Below, in pieces: positions 40,300 through 52,719 of a stretch of 64,000 nucleotides of DNA. The translations under genes were made by a program, and so were the position numbers. The notes beneath the pieces are model-generated. The model searched no databases. It was not told the origin of the DNA and was given only the letters and a program-made list of their open reading frames with translations. How positions within the stretch are numbered: position 1 is the stretch's first letter; every line of letters begins with the position of its first letter. The stretch lies in assembly GCF_009914755.1 (NCBI RefSeq), contig NC_060937.1. One strand, 5' to 3'. The stretch is from the human T2T-CHM13v2.0 reference genome, Homo sapiens.

Positions 40300-42140
40300 T
40301 TTCTATTTTTTTATTCTATCTCGTCAAGATTTCCTATGCTACTATTTGGTGATTTCAACCAATTTTATGGCCTCAAATAACAAGCTTAGGTTTATGATTT
40401 ACACATGTAAACATATATCCTGTATTGTTTGTTGTGCTCCACATATCCTACTTTATTTTTGCAAACTCTAGTTAGAAATTTAATAGAAATCACAAATTAA
40501 AGTATTACTATAGGAAACCTTAGTTGTTTCTTGGCAAAATTCCAATTTTGTTCCTAAGTGTACCTAAGATAGAGTATTAATATGTTACCAAGTTTTACAT
40601 TTCAAAATATAAAAATAATCTTTAATTCAAATCTTGTTTTAAAACTCACTCAATTTACTACTAGGAAGTATTGAATATACCTCCCCATAAATGTTTCAAT
40701 GATTTACCCTTTCTATCACTTCTTCCTGCCCTCATTGGAGTCTTTCCTGGGTAACTGCCAGTAAGTCCTAACTATTGCATGTCCTCTTATTTTACTTTTG
40801 TACTATTAATTCTCCTCACAGCAGCCAGAGGAGCTTTATAAATATAAAAATAAAATATGCCTTCTTAAAACATTCTTATAGCCCTCTGAGATTTGGCTTC
40901 CCACCACCTCCAGCCTCATCTCTTCCACTGTTCCTCCACACCTCAATACACCTCAGCCATATAAGCGTAATTTATGTGACTTAAACAGAGTTCTTTTTCA
41001 ATTGAACTTTCTATAGTTTCTAATAAAGTAATACTCCTTTTCTCAAGGTATGCTTTTTATAATTTGGAATTTAGCTTAAATAGTTTTTCTTAGATTTTGC
41101 CTGACAACCATACCAATGGATCATATATGTCAGTATTTCTATGTATTTTATAGACTAAAATTAACATCTTTGATTGTCTATGGTATTCTTTTCCCATTTG
41201 AATTTAAATGTATTTAAATGTCTCTTTTGTTCGAATGTGTAGAGTAGCTCCTCACTAACATTAGATGATCAATAACTATTTGTAGAATGAATAAATGTTT
41301 TATATTTAATAATCCAATAATTTCTACATGGTACATTTATAAATCTATGTATTTTATGTACATTTAAATTAAGCATCATTATATTGAGTATGACTATGCT
41401 TTCACTATATAAATTCTAATTCACTAATGTTTCTCAAATGAATGCTATCCTTTGAGAATTTTCAGTGCTTCTACCCTTGTTTAATCTATTACTTCTTTAT
41501 TCCTAATGAAAGAAGTAATAACCTTTTTACATAAACTGTTTCTTCAACAACATCAATCTATCCAATTTATTATTAGACAAAGAGCTCCCAAATCTCTAGT
41601 GACACCATTTTCCACTGCTTACAGGCCTTTAACAACTTTTCATCCGGTAAAGCCGGTGTGAACTACCACTCCGTCAGACAAAGTATTCTGTATTTTTGAG
41701 TTAATTTTCTCTCCCAGATTTATATTTCCTTATTTATTTCCACATTATTATGTACCAAAAAAGTCTTGCTTACATTCTATTCCCTAAGCTGTTGAGTCAA
41801 ATCTTTTGATTTTGCATCTGTGTCTTTTCCTGATGGCACTGGATCTTCCAGCCTCCCTCGGGCTTACTCTTCTGGAGGCTGCACATTATTGAACAATCAT
41901 TAGGAATGTCACCATTTCCATGAAGGTTTTTCCAATCTCCTTCAACAAGATCAAACTTTTGTCTGTAACACATAGTAATATTGTACTTCATTTTGATTCT
42001 CACCTTATCTAGTCTTCTATTGTCTTCTGTGTACTAGCAAAATCCATGTGGATATAGAGTGTTTCACTAATTTTTATTTCAGTTCCATTACCCTACACAA
42101 GAAATCGGGAGAGAATAGCACTGAATACATACAAATTGTA
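40300..42140 (+). mobile_element. L2 LINE fragments (~40300-41295 and ~41580-42140)
   Basis: CACAGCAGCCAGAGGAGCTTT, CCACCTCCAGCCTCATCTC, TCAATAACTATTTGTAGAATGAATAAATG tail, AATGTCACCATTTCCATGAAGGTTTTCC. Confidence 0.6.
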
Positions 42141-43014
42141 TTTAATTAAAAGTTTCGTTTAGTGTTTCTGAATTAGAAATAAAAATTGAATGAGTGGTAT
42201 TACCTCCACAACAAAGGTTTAATGTCCTAAATTCTTAGCATATTTTAGAAAGCTTTGATTTTTTTTTTAGTAATTTAAAGTAAAATTTACTCTTTATTGA
42301 CTAGAATGGTAGGAAGTGAATTGTAAAATCTAACTTATATGAATTCATTTTCAGAGTACTAGTATGAAGGTTTTTAGAAATCAGACCTTAGCTTAGTAGA
42401 CAATCTAATATAAATGTTTGTATTTTTTATTTTTTTTTTCAAATAGATTAAAATAGCGATACACCCACATGATTAATTTGGCAGACTGGAAAACATTGAC
42501 CTAATTGGTACTCTTAGTCATTAGGAAGCAATTCCTGGCTATGTGCATGAAACATCAGCTTCATAGTATGTGTATGTGTGTATACAGAAACAACTTAATA
42601 TTGATCATTATCCAAAATGCAATTAAAGTAATAAAAAACAGTCTAAGATTGTGTAAGTAAAAATGGGTTAAGGTTGACAGAAAAGAAATAAAACTGGCAA
42701 AAGTCAGAAATGTTTTTCTACTAAATTTATGAGATAATATTGTTTGACCATTAAAAATAACTCTATATAGAATACTAAAAGATATGCTGATACAAGTAAA
42801 TTAATAATATTTTGTTTAGCTTTTTTGAAAGCTCCTCAAATTCTTTGATATCTATGGTTTTGCTGAGACAGGGCTAGAAAACTTAGAAAATAAATAAAAA
42901 CAAAATATATAAATTTTAAAACTGTAAAAGTAAAAGCTTGAAATTCATCTTTACTGACATTGATCAGTAAATTTTATGAATAATAAATGTGACAGCATTA
43001 GCAATGTATTATAC

Positions 43015-43160
43015 TTAATTTGTGAGGCAATGCTCTAAATACCATAAATGTATAACATTAATTCTCAAGACAGATATATAAAATAAACTATTCTTTATTT
43101 TGCCTATAGAAAAGCTGAGATATTCAGTTATTTGTCCTATTAAATAATTGGAGGTAAGCA
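43015..43160 (-). mobile_element. MIR fragment
   Basis: TGTGAGGCAATGCTCTAAATAC...ATTAATTCTCAAGACA...ATTTTGCCTATAGAAAAGCTGAG. Confidence 0.55.
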
Positions 43161-43204
43161 AAAGTTTAAGAAAAAATATTATTTTAACAAGTATAATATA
43201 CAAG

Positions 43205-43650
43205 TGGTATAATCTGGGTTGGAAACACAGAGGGAATTAGGAGTTCAAGAAGTTTATTGATGAACAATGGTCATGAAAGTTAAAAAAGAGAGAAAGTAGA
43301 TTAGGCATGACACGATCCAAAAATGATACAGATTAGATATCTGTGAAAAAAAAATGGTGGAAGGTAGCAGGAGTGAGCAGAGAAAGCCTTAAACTTTGAT
43401 GTAGATATGTCAAAGTCTGGCTAACTCAGTAGGGAGATCCAAAGCTAAGATTACCATTTAGAGGACAGTTCCAATTTGAGCATAAGTGACAAAGCGAGAA
43501 TATCTGCACCCTGCCCCTGCATTGCCTGGAGGAGACTGCATCTGAGAAGAGATTGACCTTAGCTTAAAAGGTGAGTTAGTTCTGAAGGCTGTAACAGCTG
43601 GAGGTCATCAGCGAACTTCATTTCTTGCAGTTGAACAGCAAGTACTTTCT
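43205..43650 (-). mobile_element. LTR40/LTR41-like ERVL LTR
   Basis: AGGAGTTCAAGAAGTTTATTG...AGCAGGAGTGAGCAGAGAAAGCC...GGGAGATCCAAAGCTAAGATTACC...CTGAAGGCTGTAACAGCTGGAGG...CAGCAAGTACTTTC. Confidence 0.65.
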
Positions 43651-45568
43651 GGTAGTACACTGAGTTTTCTAAAATTTTTTTCATAAAAAGTGTGGATAGT
43701 AGCTTCAAAACAATAAAAGCTTAAAATGGAGCTAGTTGGATCAAAAATATGCAGTTTTCTCTTCAAATAAGTTGATTCAGCTGGATTTTTTTTCAGTTTA
43801 ATTTTTTACAATTATATTTAGTTTGCTAAAAGCAAATAGAGACATTTGTCATTAAATTCAAGAACTTGGTAGTTGTTATCCCAATTACCACAAAAAAGGG
43901 AAAATAAAGAAAACTGAAAATCAACAACTTTTCTTGGACATATCAGAGAACAGGATTTAGGAAAACACCACCCTAAAATCTAGAGAGACAAGTGCATCCA
44001 GAGAGGTGTAGCTATCTAGATGTGCTCAACTGAAGGAGAAGATACTGGAACCATAAACTAGGAAACACTCTAAAATGGTAATTTTGTGAGATTCCTTGGG
44101 GATTTCTGGGAGCAAAAAATCCTGGGGCCACAAATTTAAATGAGGCTCATATTTCCATTCTCATGGAGTTTTCCTTGCAGGAATATCACTAGGTTCTCAT
44201 GGTCAGGATCCGAGAAAAAAAAAAAAAAAAAAGGAACCCTCCATGTCTTGGCAGTGGAAGGAGAAGAATAATCATTGTGAAACATTCCCAGAGTCTTCTC
44301 CTTAACAAAGTGTATTCTCCAAGGGAATGGAGATTACTAGAGTGCAATTCTGAAATTTCAACCAAAGAAGGAAAGAAATTGATCCCCATTCTGGCCACAT
44401 CCTACCTTCCAGTTGTGACTAAGGAAATAAATGAACATACTCAAGTCAGATCTTCAATAAAAAGGACTGTGAATGCTGCAATCTGGAAAAAAAATAATAG
44501 GGAGGAGGGAGAAAATAGACCATTGAAGAAACTCTTGTGAATGTCACAACTACAAAATCCAGACACAGTATAAAACTGAAATTTAGTCATGAAGTGATGG
44601 GATACACTATCTCTCCTAAACTTTACAACCTCATCAAGAAGACTTTAGTGTAATAATAGTATTTTACCACAGAGACTAAAATAGTGTTAGGAGGAGCACA
44701 TAAGTAACACAAAGAAAATAGGGAGAAAAATAATGGAGGAATTTGAAGCATTTCATATCTTTTACTTCATTAAACATAAAGCACAGCCAAAATCTCAGTG
44801 AGATTTTCATAAATATTTATACTAAAGATCTACTCCTCTCTTTTCCTATTACCTGATATAACATATCTAGCTTCCAAAAATATGATCTATTAAAAATAAA
44901 AGTATGTACTATTAAGATACAGTGTAATCATTACAGCCATACTCAGTTATGCTCAAATTATTCTAAGGAAATTAAGTTACTATGATCAATATGTTAATGG
45001 CTATCATGGAAAAAGTACATTTTATTCAAACTGCATAAAACCAAAGACCAACCAAACATTTTGAAAAAGAAGTCAGAAGAAAAGCACAACCTATTTATAG
45101 TGAAGCAAGGATGAGAAGTACAGTGAACCTCTCATCAGAAACTATGGAAGTAAGATATACTTAAATACAGCACGTGTTGAAAAAACAAACAGCAAACTAG
45201 AATTGTATAGCTAGCTAAATTATCTTACAAAAGTAAAAGAGGAAAGAATGATTCCCCTAAATCATCCAAAACTGAAGAAGTTCATTTCCTGGGGACTTGC
45301 CTTGAAGGAAATGTTAAAAGATGCATTTCAAGAAGAATCAGTAAGCTGGATCTAAATTAAAAAAGAATAAGCATCACAAAAGAGGAGATGAAAGTAAAAT
45401 GCTTTTAAAAGTTTTTTTTTACTCAATTGATATAAGAGTTTAATAAAAGATGAATAGCACTGTATTAACAAGTATAGTTTACCTATAAGTGAAATGAATG
45501 ACAGCAATAGCACAGTGATAGGAGGGAGGTGCTATAAGGTTATGCCATATTATAAATACCCTGTTATA

Positions 45569-45885
45569 CCCAGAGCACGTGTAAAGCAATATTCTACTCT
45601 CTGCTTCAATCTTTTAATCTTTTAGATTTTCTGTATAAGTGAGATTATGCAGAATTTGTCTTTCTGTTCCCTGGATTATTTAACAAAATATCCTGCAGGT
45701 TAATCTATGTTGTCAAAAATAACATAATTTCCTTTTTTATAGGTGTTAAGTATTGCATTGTTTGTACATAACACATTTCCTTTATCCATACATCCATTGA
45801 TGGACACTTATGTCACCTCCGTAACTTGGCAATTGTGAATAATGTTGAAATAAGTGTGATCATGCAGGTATTTTACACATTCTAA
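45569..45885 (-). mobile_element. L1MA 3'-region fragment (inverted part)
   Basis: ATTCTACTCTCTGCTTC...TATAAGTGAGATTATGCAG...CATCCATTGATGGACACTTA. Confidence 0.8.
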
Positions 45886-45989
45886 AAACTTTTAATTTGT
45901 GCACTTATACCACTTCTTTATTTTATATTTTATAAATTTATGGGGTCAGTTGTAATTTTGTTACTTGCATGAACTACATAGTGGTTGGT

Positions 45990-46610
45990 ATTGGTGGGAG
46001 GTATGGTATTGGTATGAGATGGGGAAAAAGTGAGGTGTTGAAAAAAGGGTATAAATTTAAAGTTTGACAGGAGGAATGTGTTTAATTTGCTAAAAGCATA
46101 GATTTTATACATTCACACCTGATACCATTTGACTCTGTGCCCACACGCAAATCTCACCTTCAGTTGTAATAATCCCCACATGTCGAGGGCCAGACCAAGT
46201 GGAGATTATTGAAACATGGGGGCATTTTTTTTTCCTCAAGCTGTTCTCATGATACTGAGTGATTTCTCAAGAGATCTGATAGTTTTATAAGGGGCTTCCC
46301 CCTTGGCTTGGCACTCATTCTCTCTCCTGCTGCTCTGTGAAGAGGTGCCTTCTGCCATGACTGTAAGTTTCCTGAGGCCTCCTCAGCCATGTGGAACTGT
46401 TCATCTATTAAGCATCTTTTCTTTATAAATTACCCAGTAAGTAGTGGGTATTTCTTCGTAGCAGCATGAGAGCAAACTAATACATCACCACAGAATATAA
46501 GTAGTTGAGGTGATGGATACGTTAATTAGCTTGATTTAATTTTTCTACATATGTCAAAACATCATATAGCACCCTGTGAAGATATACAAAAAAAAAAGAA
46601 AAAAAACAAA
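45990..46610 (+). mobile_element. L1MA 3' end with poly-A, interrupted by THE1
   Basis: AAAGGGTATAAATTTAAAGTTTGACAGGAGGAAT...TGAGGTGATGGATACGTTAATTAGCTTGATTTAAT...CAAAACATCA; A-tail at ~46588-46611. Confidence 0.8.
46120..46484 (+). mobile_element. THE1C/D-like MaLR solo LTR
   Basis: TGATACCATTTGACTCTGTG...TTGTAATAATCCCCACATGTC...AACTAATACA; TSD ACACC/TCACC. Confidence 0.9.
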
Positions 46611-46772
46611 ACATGATATTATGTTGAATAAAGAAACACGCTTTACATATAAAGATTCAGACAATTCAAAAGTAAAGGGATGGATAAAGTTATCCTATGA
46701 AAATGCTAATTATAAAAAGCTGAAATAGCTATATTAAATTTCAGACGAAGCACACATCAAAATAAGGAAGAT

Positions 46773-47086
46773 GGCTGGACACATTGACTCACTCACACCT
46801 GTGATCCCAGCATTTTGGGAGGCTGAGGCAGGTAGGTAGATAGCTTGAGCTTAGGAGTTCAAGATCAGCCTGGGCAACATGGTAAAACCCCATCTCTACA
46901 AACAATACAGAAATTAGCTGGCATGAGGGTACAGGCCTCTAGTCCCAGCTACTAGGGAGGCTGAGGTGGTAGGTGAAAGGATCACATAAGCCTAGGAGGT
47001 TGCAGCTCCAGTGAGCCATGATTGTGCCACTGCACTCGAACCTGGGTGACAGAGTGAGACCCTGTTCCCCCAAAAACAACAAACAA
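46773..47086 (+). mobile_element. AluJ (Jb-like) SINE
   Basis: Diverged Alu dimer; TSD AAAATAAGGAAGA / AAAACAAGGAAGA. Confidence 0.92.
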
Positions 47087-47181
47087 AAACAAGGAAGAGT
47101 GTAAGGATGAAGGTGAGCATGAGCATTACATTATGTTATAGTAGTTAATTAAAAAGATGTAATTCTTACTGTATATGCACC

Positions 47182-47842
47182 TCTATTTGTCAGGGTTCTC
47201 TAGAGGGACAGAACTAATAGGATATATATATAAAGGGGAGTTTATTTATTAAGATATATATCTTAATAAGATCTATATTAATATATATTATTATATAATT
47301 ATATACTATTATTCATATTATTAAATATATATAATATATTAAATATATAATATAGTATAATTGTATAATATTAACAATCTAATTAATATTATATAATTAT
47401 ACTAATATATAATATATACATTTAATATATATTTGATATATATATGTAAAGGGGAGGTTATTAAGTATTAACTCACACAATGACAAGGTCCCACAATAGG
47501 CCATCTGCAAGCTGAGGAGCAAAGAAAGCTAGTCTGAGTCCCAAAACTGAAGAACTTGGAGTCTGGAGTCTGATGTTTGAGGGCAGGAAGCATCCAGCAT
47601 GGGAGCAAGCTGTAGGCTAGGGGGCTAGGCCATTTTAGTCTTTTCACGTTTTTCTGCCTGCTTTCTATTTTAGCCACAGTGGCAGCTGATTAGATGGTGC
47701 CCACCCAGATTAAGTGTGGGTCTGTTTTTCCCAGCTACTTGACTCAAATATTAATCTCCTTTGGCAAATCCCACACAGACACATTCAGGATCAATACTTT
47801 GTATCCTTCAATCCAATCAAGTTGACAGTATTAACCATCACA
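47182..47842 (-). mobile_element. MLT2A (A1/A2) HERV-L solo LTR with internal TA-rich expansion
   Basis: GTCAGGGTTCTCTAGAGGGACAGAACTAATAGG...GTCCCAAAACTGAAGAACTTGGAGTC...CAATCCAATCAAGTTGACAGTATTAACCATCACA; TSD GCACC/CCACC. Confidence 0.92.
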
Positions 47843-49739
47843 CCACCTAACATTCAAGTGTCAAAGTATGTAAGATAAAAACTAATAAAACTGCAAAAAG
47901 ATAAATCTGTATTTGAGGAGTTAAACATCCTTATTTTACTAGTTGATAGATAAAGCAATCTGAAAATCAGCAAAGATACACTTGACCTGAATAAGACTAT
48001 CAGTCTGATTAATCTAATTGAAATTTATAAAATAATTCATCCAATGAAATTAGATTATGCATTCTGCTCATACTCACATGGAGCATCCACTGATATACAC
48101 TGTATTTTGAGCCATAAAGTACACCTTAACTAATTTTAAGACTAGAAATTAAGCACAATATGTTATCGGAAGACAATACAATTCAACGGAAAATCAATAA
48201 AGAAAAATTAGGAAAATTCCCAGATACCAGGAAACTAATCATCACACTTCTATATACACCGTGGGTAAGGGAAGAGTCTCAAAAAAGTTTTTAAAATTTT
48301 AAGAAAATATAACATTGAAAACATAACTTATCAAAACAAATTTGGATGCAGTGAAGATAGTGCTTAAGAAAACATTTATAGATTTAAATGCATGTATTAG
48401 AAGAAAAAGCCTCCATCTTAGGAAAGAGAAAAAATACAATTTAAGCATAAGGCAAGCAGAAAACAGTAATAGAATTAAAGCAGTAATTGATGGAACTGAA
48501 AACAGTGAAACAATAGAAAAAATCAACAATATCAAAAGTTGGTTCATTGAAAAGTTCTATAAAGTTATTAAATCTCTAGCCAGGTTAACTAGTGAAAACA
48601 GAGTGGGTGAGGCACAAGTGAAATAAATGTGATATCATCACTATTGATAACACTGATTCCAGGAACATTAAAAGATAAAAAAGAAATGTGAAAAACTCTA
48701 TTCCCACACATTTGATAACATAGATTATACAGAGATTCAAACTACTGAAATTTACACAATGAAAAGCAGGTAACCTGAATTGTACTATATAAATGAATTA
48801 AGGAAATTGAAAAAATAATTTAAAACCCTCCAAAAAATAAGTACCAAGCATAAGGTGGCTTCACTGTTTAGTGTTACTAAACCTTTACAGAGACCCATTA
48901 GCAATTCTTCACAATTCTTTCCAGAAAATAAAATCAGAGGGAAATTTTTGCAAGGTTTATAGGCCAATATTATGCCAATACTATAAATAATAAAAATATT
49001 ATAAGGAAAATTCCATATGAATATCTCTCATGAACCCAGACAGAAAAAGCTTCAATAAAATAGTGAAGTCAAATCTAGCTATAGAAGGAATTATGAAAGA
49101 TGACCACATGAGATATATACTAGATATGCAAGATAGATTAGACACTCCAAAATCAATGTAGTCTTCAAAATGAAACGTTTAAGTAAATATAAAATTATCA
49201 TATAAATTGACATACAAAAAGCATTGCATTGCATAATCCAATACTCATTATGTAAAATCTCAGCAAATTAGAAATAGAGAGAAACTTTCTCAAAATGATC
49301 AAGAACATCGACTAAAAAGAAACAAACTCCTGACATCATATATAATTGTGAGAGAGTGGACACTTTACCCCTACGGCTGGAAACAGGATGTCCTCTATTT
49401 TCACTTCTATTCTATATCATGCTCCTGCAATAATATGAGTTAAAAATAAATTATTAAAATATCTTTATATTTTAAAACTAAATAAATCTATCTTTATTCT
49501 CAGGTGGCATGATTGTTTATGTGAAAAAGCCCAAAGAATCTACAAAGCACTACCAGAACTAATAAACAAGCATAACAAGATATCAGGACATAAGATCAAT
49601 ATACAAATGTCCATTTATTTCCTATATACCAGCAATGAAAAACTAAAATTTGAAATAGAATCATTATTTCCAATAGTAACAACAACAAAACTCTGAGGTA
49701 CTTAGGTATAAATCTTTCAAAATATAGAGTCATTGGTAC

Positions 49740-50640
49740 TACCATAATAATTTTGAAAAATATTTAATGACTTGTGTTGACAATCCTGTGCTATACAGAC
49801 AGCAATTTATAGACAACCCTTGTCCTATAACAAATATCTTGTGTGGCTCTTTGTATTAATCATTACTTTTTACTCCAAACGTTGATGATGATTGACCTAT
49901 TTTCTACACCCATCATTTTGCTTTTTTAAGAATATCGTAATTTCTAGAATGCACATTTTGGATCTGGCTTCTTTTACTTAAAAACTCATATTTAAGATTC
50001 ATGTTTTTGTTGTGTGAATTGATAGCTTATTACTTTTTATTGTTAAATAGTATTCTATTATTTAATGAGTTGTTCAATCTATGGATATGATTTATCTCTC
50101 CATTTATATATTAATCCTTATTTGTTTCTTTCTGTAGTGTTTACACTTTTCATCATTAAGATTCTGTGTATATATACACTATGTATGTATATAAATACAT
50201 ATGTATTTCCTTTTTGTTATTGCAGTGATAGATATGTTTATATATTCATGCTCTTGTATATATACTTACTATATTTATATATTTATATTATATTTCTATG
50301 TATGTATTAATTCTATTGATATATTTTAAACTGTAAATTCATATTTTTCATTGCTAATATAGAGAAAACAACTATATTTTGTATATACTAAACTTACTTA
50401 GCAGTTCTACAAACTTTATTTGATACAGTTTTGGGGATTTTCTACATAGACAATCATGTTACATTCAAATAAAGACAGTTGTATTTCTTCCTTTCCGATC
50501 AGTGAGATTTTGTTTTATAAAGCCTTTTTCTTGTAGAGTTTATGTCCGTAAAGTTGTCCATAATATTTCCTTATTATCTTTTTAATGTTTCTAAAATCAG
50601 TAGTGATGTCTCTTTTACTTCTGCTTCAGTTAACGAGAGT
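49740..50640 (-). mobile_element. Old L1M fragments, antisense (3' UTR and ORF2)
   Basis: ATCTGGCTTCTTTTACTTA...TTTAAGATTCATG; TTTTGGGGATTTTCTACATAGACAATCATGT. Confidence 0.7.
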
Positions 50641-51139
50641 TTTCTATTTATGTTTCATACCCCTCCCTGGAAAACCAAAGGGAAAAAAAAACAACATCAT
50701 TGCCAAATTTTTTCCCTGTGTTTTCAACCAAAGATTCTTTAGTGCTATAGCAGAAGTTAAATTTGCTTATACAATAAAATATTGTGAATCTCGGGAATTA
50801 TTTTAGTAAATCATAAGAAATTGCATTAATTCAATTGGATAAAGAACTGAATTTAGGAGTTTGAAAAGTAGTCTCAGTAATATCTACAGATTGTGAGAAA
50901 AGTGAGCAGAAAAGTGAAATATTTCAGTGGAATATTTCATGTACTATATATGTGTGCATATGTGGATTTTTTAGTGATCTTTGAGGAATATTGATAGAGA
51001 ATAGTGTATCTTTTAAGTACATGTTTTTCTTACCTAAACATCTTGTATTTGATATTGTTCAGAGTTTATATTTTGTGGGTTTCAGTTTTATCAAAGTTAA
51101 AACCTACACAATGTTTAATTGTAATTATATATTTACAGA

Positions 51140-51260
51140 TTAGTCTCATCTACTAGATTGTAAGAGTCTAAGAAATTGACACTATGTTTTACTTATATTT
51201 GTATTCCTAGCACCTGTCATGATGTTTATGAGTACAAAATAAGATTAATTAATGTATTTA
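51140..51260 (+). mobile_element. L2 3' end fragment
   Basis: ACTAGATTGTAAG...TTTGTATTCCTAGCACCTG. Confidence 0.55.
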
Positions 51261-51454
51261 GATATTTTTGAAACAAAACATTTTTATTGTATTTTTAATG
51301 TGGTAAAGAACTATAATCACCACTGCTTTCCAGGGATTTATATAACATTAGCCTTGCAACAATGCATTCCTGTATTTAAAATGTGTTTGCTTTTTTTTTT
51401 TTTTCCTTCTATGCATAGGCTGCATAGAAGCCTATGCAGCAAACCAAGCAGGCT

Positions 51455-51680
51455 TGCGGTACTGATTAAAAGCTGGGCACTGCTAAGAGCACTCTTCCTA
51501 TTTTAGCGCTCTAGGTCTTAAACTTATTAGCAGAGAAAGTGACTTAACCTCTCTAAGGCTAAGTTGTGCTTTTTGATTTTCTATTTGTAAAATAGAACAG
51601 TTACAAACCTTTATATTTGTGAGAAATAAGCCAATTTGTGTAAGTAAAGTCATAGGAGATGAGACTATAAAATGTAAATA
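51455..51680 (+). mobile_element. MIR SINE
   Basis: TGATTAAAAGCTGGGC...AAGTGACTTAACCTCTCTAAGGCTAAGTT...TTTGTAAAATAG. Confidence 0.65.
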
Positions 51681-51687
51681 ATTCATT

Positions 51688-51785
51688 TTCCTTCTTCATC
51701 TCCCCTTCTTTCTTTTTTCTCTCCTTTTGTTCCTCCTCCTTTTCGTGATTCTCTCCTCCTCCTTATTTTCCTCCTCCTTCTTCTT
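51688..51785. repeat. CT-rich polypyrimidine low-complexity tract
   Basis: Directly visible. Confidence 0.8.
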
Positions 51786-51970
51786 AGTGTCTGCAAATTC
51801 AAATTATTAGATTATTATTATCAAGAGAGTACTAAAATATTCCATTAGCTTGATATACCTTCAGGATAAACCTGCACCCAGTGAACTTTGTTTAGACAGA
51901 AAGTCATTAAACAAGTGTGACTATATTAGATATAGAAACCAAGTTTAAATTGGTTCAGAACAAAAGAGAA

Positions 51971-51974
<4 letters not shown>

Positions 51975-52016
<42 letters not shown>
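51975..52016. repeat. Compound (TC)n(CA)n microsatellite
   Basis: Directly visible. Confidence 0.9.
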
Positions 52017-52514
52017 CCCAAAAAGTAAAACCCAGAAAATCAAATTTTATTATAAGCATAAAGAACTCCAGGTCAAAAATGTGGGCTTTGCTTTTACTTT
52101 GCCAGATACAGCAACAGAAAAATCATCAGGCTTCACTCTGAATTGTGCATGTCTAACTGAGGTAAGCATTGTTTCAGCTCTGAAGGTTATAGACCATATG
52201 ACCTTATGACTTCCCTTTGTCTCTCGATGCTGATGTTCTAAGCTGGAAAATGACTTCTTAGATCACAGTGAAAATTCTCATTTACCCATATACTCCTCAT
52301 ATATTTCTTCAACAGATTTTTATTCTTAATATTATTTTAGTATAAAGAATCCCTTCTTTGTTAACTACTTGTTAATTTTGTCATATTACACAAAATATAA
52401 ACATATAAAATATCCTTCTATATTTTATATAACAATCCTCTTGAAACAATTGTTATAGAGCTGGCCTATATTCTCTCATGTTTTCAAGATATTCCTAGGA
52501 CATTTCAAGGTATA

Positions 52515-52642
52515 GATAATGATAATGTGATTATTTCAAACCATATTTTTCATGAATAATAATTCTTGGTAATTTATTCATGATAATGATAATAATATTT
52601 ATTCATGATAATGATGATAATTCATGATAATGATAATTATAA
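52515..52642. repeat. Degenerate (GATAAT)n / TTCATGATAATGAT tandem repeat
   Basis: TTCATGATAATGAT occurs three times between 52577 and 52634. Confidence 0.75.
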
Positions 52643-52719
52643 TAAAATCAATTGAAATAAATTATGCCCTCTCTTAGGGCTTTCTTTTAGTACATAATCC
52701 ATAATTGCAAATAAAATAA

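Larger units (their letters stand above)
43860..49730 (+). mobile_element. Decayed L1M (MC/MD-like) LINE from 5' end to mid-ORF2, with multiple nested insertions
   Basis: AAAACTGAAAATCAACAACTTTTCTTGGAC..ATCAGAGAAC 5' motif; ORF2 relics AAAAGTTGGTTCATTGAAAAG, AATATCTCTCATGAAC, GCATGATTGTTTATGTGAAAA, TACTTAGGTATAAATCT. Confidence 0.82.

Noticed and set aside
48342-48626. ORF with IEKINNIKSWFIEK similarity to L1 ORF2p
   Set aside because: Short open remnant of a heavily mutated L1M; not a functional CDS
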